From a virus (lineage: Duplodnaviria > Caudoviricetes), in IMG/VR virus record IMGVR_UViG_3300005512_000089, positions 1-41,355 of that record: a stretch of DNA of 41,355 nucleotides; one strand, 5' to 3'. Under the pieces are notes generated by a model. That model ran no database searches. It had not been told where the DNA came from and saw only the letters and a program-made list of their open reading frames with translations. The translations under genes were made by a program, and so were the position numbers. This document shows positions 36,382-41,355 of the stretch, in pieces. How positions within the stretch are numbered: the first letter of the stretch is position 1; each line of letters opens with the position of its first letter.

Positions 36382-36410
36382 ATTGAAGAGATATGAAGTT
36401 CTTTCAACAA

Positions 36411-36484
<74 letters not shown>

Positions 36485-36490
36485 AGAGAC

Positions 36491-36661
36491 TTAGTCTGGA
36501 AACTTAGTCTGCAAGATGTACTCCACAGTGTTAGCCACGTCGTTCATTGCGTCTCTAAGATCTTCCCTTTGTCCAGACTCTTGTACCATTATATCACGAT
36601 CGTCAGAGAGTGTCCACCGCCACTGTCCCATAGACGCATTGTACCAGAGATTAATTTTCAT
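36491..36661 (-). CDS. small hypothetical protein
   Basis: 56 aa MKINLWYN..MGQWRWTL...; ATGA-coupled; absent from the ORF track. Confidence 0.6.
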   Translation of the reverse strand: MKINLWYNASMGQWRWTLSDDRDIMVQESGQREDLRDAMNDVANTVEYILQTKFPD

Positions 36662-37332
36662 AATACTTGGATTTTTTCATGACCGACTTTAATCGTCGGG
36701 TCTACCCATATACTATACCCCGCGTTTCGAGCATCTATACAGAATGCAACGTCTTCAGAACACATTTCTTCGTATGGTCCGATGGACATACATCTAGGAG
36801 CAAACCACGGATAGGGCAGAGTCTCAAGCACTCCTTTCTTAACTAACACCCAACCGAAGCCAATATAGTCTGCTTCAAATTTTTTAGTTCTTTGAGCCAT
36901 GGCATCTTTGTGAATAAACTCAAAATACCCGTTCTTCTGAAAGTAGTCTTCCTCCATCTTCTCAACCACCGGAGTAAAACCTCCAGGTTGAGCATACCAA
37001 CCAGACGCGAGGTCTTTCTTCATATCAACCAGCTTGAAAAAGTCCTTAGAAGTGAATCTAATGTCGCTATCGATCCACATCATGTAGTCGTAAGGAATTT
37101 TACCTCCAAAGGGCTTTTGATACCTTCCCTGTTTCACGTCTGCCCCCGCCACCTTGCACCTAGCAAAATTCACCATAGAGCTATAGTCTTGAGAGATCAC
37201 GGTTTTCATACCGGCTCTCCTGCAATCTTCAAGCAACTGAGTAAAACTTACTAAAAACCTCCCAGAATAATGAGAACCTGGGAGGCAAAAGATAACAGTT
37301 TTACCAAGATAGGGTTGGTAAGTTAGGCTCAT
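36658..37332 (-). CDS. GT-A fold glycosyltransferase
   Basis: YMMWIDSDI (DxD), GFG.VLVK.GV, PWF, SED..FC and VGH. Confidence 0.8.
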   Translation of the reverse strand: MSLTYQPYLGKTVIFCLPGSHYSGRFLVSFTQLLEDCRRAGMKTVISQDYSSMVNFARCKVAGADVKQGRYQKPFGGKIPYDYMMWIDSDIRFTSKDFFKLVDMKKDLASGWYAQPGGFTPVVEKMEEDYFQKNGYFEFIHKDAMAQRTKKFEADYIGFGWVLVKKGVLETLPYPWFAPRCMSIGPYEEMCSEDVAFCIDARNAGYSIWVDPTIKVGHEKIQVL

Positions 37333-37829
37333 TCAGCAGGAGTTTCTTCGGGGGTGGGCTCAGGGGTGGGCTCAGGGGTGGGCTCAGGTGGAGTGTAAGT
37401 ATAAGTCGAAGAGCCAGAAGTATCAGTTCCGGCAATAGAAGCAGGGACCTCTAGGCTATAATCGTAGATGCGCTTGGCGATATTTTCAATAGAGGACTTG
37501 ACGTAGCTAAATTCTTCGACTTCAGTAACACCTTCGGAAGCTAGTAGCCAGCTTTTGATAGTGTCTTTGGTAACGTCGGCAAAAGAGACGAAGTTCTCGG
37601 CAGTGAGTCCTTCTACAGAGAAGGTCTTGGTTCCGCCGCAGCTATAGCTAAAGGAAGGAGTAACTGTTCTGATGATGTCATTACCTTCTTCATCGGTTCC
37701 GGTTACCTCAGTAACTGCGTCGGAACTCGCAGAAACTCCAAAGCTTGCCTCTACAATAACTTCAGAAAACTCTCCTTCAGTGAGTCTCTTTTTTACACTG
37801 CCAATGTTAAGTGTGTAATTAATGGCCAT
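37329..37829 (-). CDS. hypothetical protein, possibly fibre-associated
   Basis: FVSFADVT...I.SW motif and a C-terminal PEPT repeat. Confidence 0.7.
   Translation of the reverse strand: MAINYTLNIGSVKKRLTEGEFSEVIVEASFGVSASSDAVTEVTGTDEEGNDIIRTVTPSFSYSCGGTKTFSVEGLTAENFVSFADVTKDTIKSWLLASEGVTEVEEFSYVKSSIENIAKRIYDYSLEVPASIAGTDTSGSSTYTYTPPEPTPEPTPEPTPEETPAE
37351..37386. repeat. 12-bp tandem repeat x3
   Basis: GGGGTGGGCTCA three times, encoding EPTP repeats on the minus strand. Confidence 0.9.
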
Positions 37830-37954
37830 GGGTTAATATAACAAAAAAATGTTGTCTTTGTACTATAAACTAAGACTTAGGAATATTATACCAGAGATTA
37901 TGCGCATGTCGATCGTTTAAGGATATTCTAGAATATTAGCGTTAACTTATAAAA

Positions 37955-38764
37955 ATGCCAGCTAACTTTAAGAAGTTCGACGTAAAACACGGCCTATCGG
38001 TAAACGGGCTGGAGTTTGTCGACGAGAACCGTAACGTAACCCTAAACAATCTAACGGTACAAGGTACTTCAACAGTTGTTGATACCAGAACAGTAACAGC
38101 AGTCGATCCTATTATTAGTCTTGGAACAGCGGGATCTACATACACTATCTCTGAAGTAACAGTCGCGAGCCCTGGCCGACTTAAGTTCGGGGCGGATGGC
38201 TTTGATGATATTGCCATTGGCGACTCCTTTGAATATAACTCAACGGGTACCGATGCGGCTCCTCTTGCTTCTGGAGGCGTTTATTACGTTATTTCTAAAG
38301 ACACAGATGTAACGAGCAACAACTACAGGACAATTACCTTTAGTTCCAACCAAGGTGGAACTGCAGCCGCAATCACAAACGCTGGCACTGGAACCCAAAC
38401 AATCATCCTCAACCCCCTAAGAGACTTAGGACAAGATCTTGGTATTGAGTTCAACTACGTAGATACCACCGCTAAGAAGGGTTTCTTTGGTTTCGATGAT
38501 AGCGCCGGTAGATTCACATTCTTACTAGACACGACATACAGGGGTCAATCTAATCAGTCTGACGACGGAACACCTAACGCCCCTGACTTTATCGGAACTA
38601 AGTCTGGTGCCGAATTTAGTTACGCTAAGCTCGAGCCAACATCGGCTCTTACAGCTAATCAGTCTGCGCTAGACATCGATCAGACCTGGAACGCGGCTGG
38701 AGTTACATTTGCAGCGTTTGATCTTGATATTACCGATACGGCTTCTGAGATTCTGCCAGCATAA
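37955..38764 (+). CDS. tail fibre protein, apparently 3'-truncated
   Basis: NLTVQGTSTVVD...DPIISL, D.GIEFNY...KGFFGFDDS and YYVI motifs of marine phage fibres; ends at a junction with speD. Confidence 0.7.
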   Translation: MPANFKKFDVKHGLSVNGLEFVDENRNVTLNNLTVQGTSTVVDTRTVTAVDPIISLGTAGSTYTISEVTVASPGRLKFGADGFDDIAIGDSFEYNSTGTDAAPLASGGVYYVISKDTDVTSNNYRTITFSSNQGGTAAAITNAGTGTQTIILNPLRDLGQDLGIEFNYVDTTAKKGFFGFDDSAGRFTFLLDTTYRGQSNQSDDGTPNAPDFIGTKSGAEFSYAKLEPTSALTANQSALDIDQTWNAAGVTFAAFDLDITDTASEILPA

Positions 38765-38945
38765 AGATCGCAGTGAAGCCTTGGGGCTCGAACTTATGTT
38801 TTTGGATGCCAAGGACATCACATTCATAATCCCATAGAGTCCCGTCCATCCACTTAACAAACCCCTCCATCTCATCGAGTAGGATGAAGTCTACTCCTGT
38901 AAGATCCAAAATTATGTGAGTGCCGATCCTTTCAGCTTTATACAT
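38730..38945 (-). pseudogene. speD: S-adenosylmethionine decarboxylase, truncated after the ES cleavage site
   Basis: GTHIILDL...HKFEPQGFT....LAES, then unrelated QKPYR instead of H.S.HTWPE. Confidence 0.8.
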
Positions 38946-38946
38946 A

Positions 38947-39735
38947 TTAAAAATTTGTTATGAAGATGTCTGAAGAAGAGAATTTGTCATCTGATAGCGG
39001 GGCTCTGATGCTAAAGTAGTTTTTAGACCAGTCCATTAGCAGTTCGTCGGCCCTACCTCTAGTAATTAACCTAGATGTTAATAAGAAATCATATCCCTTT
39101 GAATTAATGTGATCAAAGAAATCTAAAGCATCTTCTTTGTACTGATTACGGCTGGGGAAGGGTATGTGAAAGTAAATAAGAGATTTCTTAGTTAGTAAGT
39201 TTGTATCTAAGTTTTTGTACGAGCCCTTCTTTATTATGAAATCTGAGTTAATGAGTCTCTTGTTATTTATACGGATAGACCCGGTATCTAGGTGATGAGG
39301 GAAATATTCTCCCTTAAAATTACCATGCTGGTCGAATTTATGTCTGAACCCACTACACGCTAAGAGACAATATAACTGGGCCATGGTCCTTCTGTTAGGA
39401 TCTCTGAGCTCTTGATTCACGTCTCTCCTAAGCCTAAAGAACTTAGCAGGACCCCACTTCCCCTTAAAGTTCTTTTCAAATTCCTCTTTTATTAAGGACT
39501 CAGCATATTGCATCCTCATTAGGTCATGTAGACCTAAGATGTGGGGTTCTGTCGAAAATCCCATCCCTCCACGGCCTTCGTACAATATCTCTCCGGTAGA
39601 AAGGCCTAAATCGTAGATATAACGATCACTAATGCCTGATTTAAGGCTAAAAAAATGCTTCCTTGACCCAGGAAGCAGTTGTTTACCAGGATAGGGTAAA
39701 ATAAGGCTATTTAAGCTTTCTCCAGGTTCTTCCAT
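38947..39735 (-). CDS. degenerate Dam-like (D12 class) methyltransferase homolog
   Basis: PYPGK start, AQLYCL...GF....HGNF, LIYFHIPF where VYLDPPY is expected, KG..FLLTS and C-terminal IFITNF. Confidence 0.55.
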   Translation of the reverse strand: MEEPGESLNSLILPYPGKQLLPGSRKHFFSLKSGISDRYIYDLGLSTGEILYEGRGGMGFSTEPHILGLHDLMRMQYAESLIKEEFEKNFKGKWGPAKFFRLRRDVNQELRDPNRRTMAQLYCLLACSGFRHKFDQHGNFKGEYFPHHLDTGSIRINNKRLINSDFIIKKGSYKNLDTNLLTKKSLIYFHIPFPSRNQYKEDALDFFDHINSKGYDFLLTSRLITRGRADELLMDWSKNYFSIRAPLSDDKFSSSDIFITNF

Positions 39736-40057
39736 TAAAAAAACAAATCAAATTTGGACTGAATATCCGTATTGTACCAGGAGGGACTTTGTTGTAAACG
39801 TCTTTATCGCTGAATGTATCGTAAAGTAGGTATTCTGTGTATTCCTCTGTGTTTTCTACGATCCCCACCGCTTTTTGTAACAGAGATAAGACTGATATCG
39901 CAGCGATACCTCTGATGCTTTTATATTTTCCTTTTTCCCTTATAGTGTCTCTTATAAAGCCTAATTGATTTGGCTTAAATTGGGCGTAGTGGTCAGAGCT
40001 AACAACATGGTAACGTGTTTGTGGTGGGGAAATCATCCTTTTACGTCTACGTCCCAT
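39707..40057 (-). CDS. hypothetical protein
   Basis: 116-aa basic ORF overlapping the downstream gene. Confidence 0.65.
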   Translation of the reverse strand: MGRRRKRMISPPQTRYHVVSSDHYAQFKPNQLGFIRDTIREKGKYKSIRGIAAISVLSLLQKAVGIVENTEEYTEYLLYDTFSDKDVYNKVPPGTIRIFSPNLICFFNGRTWRKLK

Positions 40058-40069
40058 AATTATACCATG

Positions 40070-40384
40070 TTATTTCTTGGGTTCGATCGCCGAAGCTACC
40101 GGAGGAGGGCCGCCTTGAGTGGTGCCATTGCCGTTACCATTTTTCTTAGCAGCTGTTGCCATGCCAAAACTCGCAAGAGCTCCAGAGAACACAGATGCAA
40201 TAAATGTGGGGTCGAATTCTAAAATCCTTTTTCCGTCTGGAAGACGCACGTAGGAAAATGTCAATAGAGCCGCCGACCAGACCAAAACTGTGACTTTAAC
40301 CAAGTCTTCTAATCTTTCACGAAGCACGTCGTTGTCCTTTTCTTCTTCTTTTTTTGGTTTTTTAATTTCCAAGTTAGTATCCAT
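40070..40384 (-). CDS. two-transmembrane protein (holin-like candidate)
   Basis: VLVWSAALLT..Y...DPTFIASVF.G.LA.FG; GTTTAAA element at 40416-40422. Confidence 0.7.
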   Translation of the reverse strand: MDTNLEIKKPKKEEEKDNDVLRERLEDLVKVTVLVWSAALLTFSYVRLPDGKRILEFDPTFIASVFSGALASFGMATAAKKNGNGNGTTQGGPPPVASAIEPKK

Positions 40385-40443
40385 AGCCTATTAAACAGAA
40401 GAGGTTCAAAATAATTTTAAACGAAGGACCTCTCAGGATACTC

Positions 40444-41082
40444 TCACTCTGACTGATCAAAGAGAAAAGTATCTATGTATTTATTTGCAAATTCTTCAGA
40501 GTAATAGCTCTTTAAGATCCCGTGAGCAGGATCATTTGCAGACATATGCTCGTCATAAGCTATGTGAAATGACTCATTACTATCAGATTTTTCTGTGGAA
40601 AAAAGACATTCTTTGTACCTATCTAGGAACTTATCCGTAGTGTCTATGTATTCCGCGTAAAAATCGCTCTCTGTTTTTTTCAACCAGAATTTTTTTGAGA
40701 AGAAATTACTCAGATCGTAAAATTTTGAGACCTCTTTATCTCTATCTGGGAAATCCGACAGATACTTTAGTATATACCTCTCTTCGTATTCTGCTCCTTT
40801 CTTAACTGGGTGGAAATCTGTTGCTCCAAAAAACTTTTTATTATTTATCCTTAGGTATTCTGTTCCAAATATGGGAGTCTCGTATTCAAATTCTGGGTAG
40901 ATAACTAGAGTTATAGCCGTAAATTTATCTTTTATCTCAAGATCGCAGAGTCTTATCCTCCTGCACCTATCCGCGGTCCAAGAGAAACTTTTTATAATTG
41001 CTTTTTCATTTTCCACGATAGGATCTAACCAATCTGGAAGAGGAGACTCTTTTACATTGAATCTATTTAATAGGGTTATCAA
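40444..41082 (-). CDS. ferredoxin-dependent bilin reductase (PebA/PebB/PebS branch)
   Basis: RRIR, VIYP...P.FG, DFHP, FFS, YD....DPAHG and FLF. Confidence 0.8.
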   Translation of the reverse strand: MITLLNRFNVKESPLPDWLDPIVENEKAIIKSFSWTADRCRRIRLCDLEIKDKFTAITLVIYPEFEYETPIFGTEYLRINNKKFFGATDFHPVKKGAEYEERYILKYLSDFPDRDKEVSKFYDLSNFFSKKFWLKKTESDFYAEYIDTTDKFLDRYKECLFSTEKSDSNESFHIAYDEHMSANDPAHGILKSYYSEEFANKYIDTFLFDQSE

Positions 41083-41233
41083 TATAATTCTCCGAGTAAG
41101 CCAAGTGGTAAATCTTATTTAGAATTTCGTCGTATTCATTGTACCACTTGCTACTAACTACTTCCGACTGTTGTCTTTTACGTACTGCGTCAAAAACTAA
41201 CTTCCACTGATGGTGATTGAAATCTAATTCCAT
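41063..41233 (-). CDS. small hypothetical protein
   Basis: 56 aa MELDFNHHQWKLVFDAVRKRQ...; absent from the ORF track. Confidence 0.55.
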   Translation of the reverse strand: MELDFNHHQWKLVFDAVRKRQQSEVVSSKWYNEYDEILNKIYHLAYSENYIDNPIK

Positions 41234-41259
41234 AAAAAAGAGCCCCTCTAGGGACCCTT
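41234..41259 (-). terminator. rho-independent terminator
   Basis: GGGTCCC-TAGA-GGGGCTC followed by T6 on the minus strand. Confidence 0.55.
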
Positions 41260-41355
41260 AATCTCATTAAGATACTTTTGTTCCTCTTGGTAGGGGATAT
41301 ATCTTCCCGTCTTGATCTCCCAAGCCCTTTGTAGGTCTGGGAGGAGCCATTGGTC

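Noticed and set aside
36489-36511. 10-bp direct repeat ACTTAGTCTG beside tRNA-Arg as an att site
   Set aside because: The copies are only 3 nt apart, lie at the tRNA 5' side, and no integrase is present.
37350-37390. G-quadruplex or hypervariable element
   Set aside because: Fully explained by a Pro-Glu-Pro-Thr coding repeat.

Overview
A 41 kb fragment of a lytic marine cyanomyovirus that is not T4-like in its core genes. The left half (1-20.9 kb) carries a Mu-like contractile-tail virion module split over several divergent transcription units: tail tube, DUF935 portal, tail chaperones, a frameshifted tail sheath, prohead protease/scaffold, capsid cement, major capsid, and gp36/gp37-like neck proteins. 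It also holds an AT-rich operon of a 1313-aa orphan, a leucine-rich-repeat protein and a fibre. The right half, almost all on the minus strand, encodes a mitochondrial Pol-gamma-type family A DNA polymerase, 8 tRNAs (including Ile-UAU next to a CAU tRNA), a manA-like structured RNA, and cyanophage host-takeover genes (cp12, talC, hli, a small NblA-like ORF absent from the ORF track, a bilin reductase and a truncated speD). It also carries an HNH nuclease whose 3' end runs into a tRNA, a protein kinase and a phosphoesterase. Two promoter classes are visible: host sigma70 consensus sites before replication and metabolic genes, and a recurrent GTTTAAA element about 20-40 nt before virion genes. 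Two apparent pseudo-enzymes (LOG/SLOG-like and Dam-like) and two break points (13.2 kb and 38.75 kb) deserve checking. All family assignments are by eye from motifs; no searches were run.
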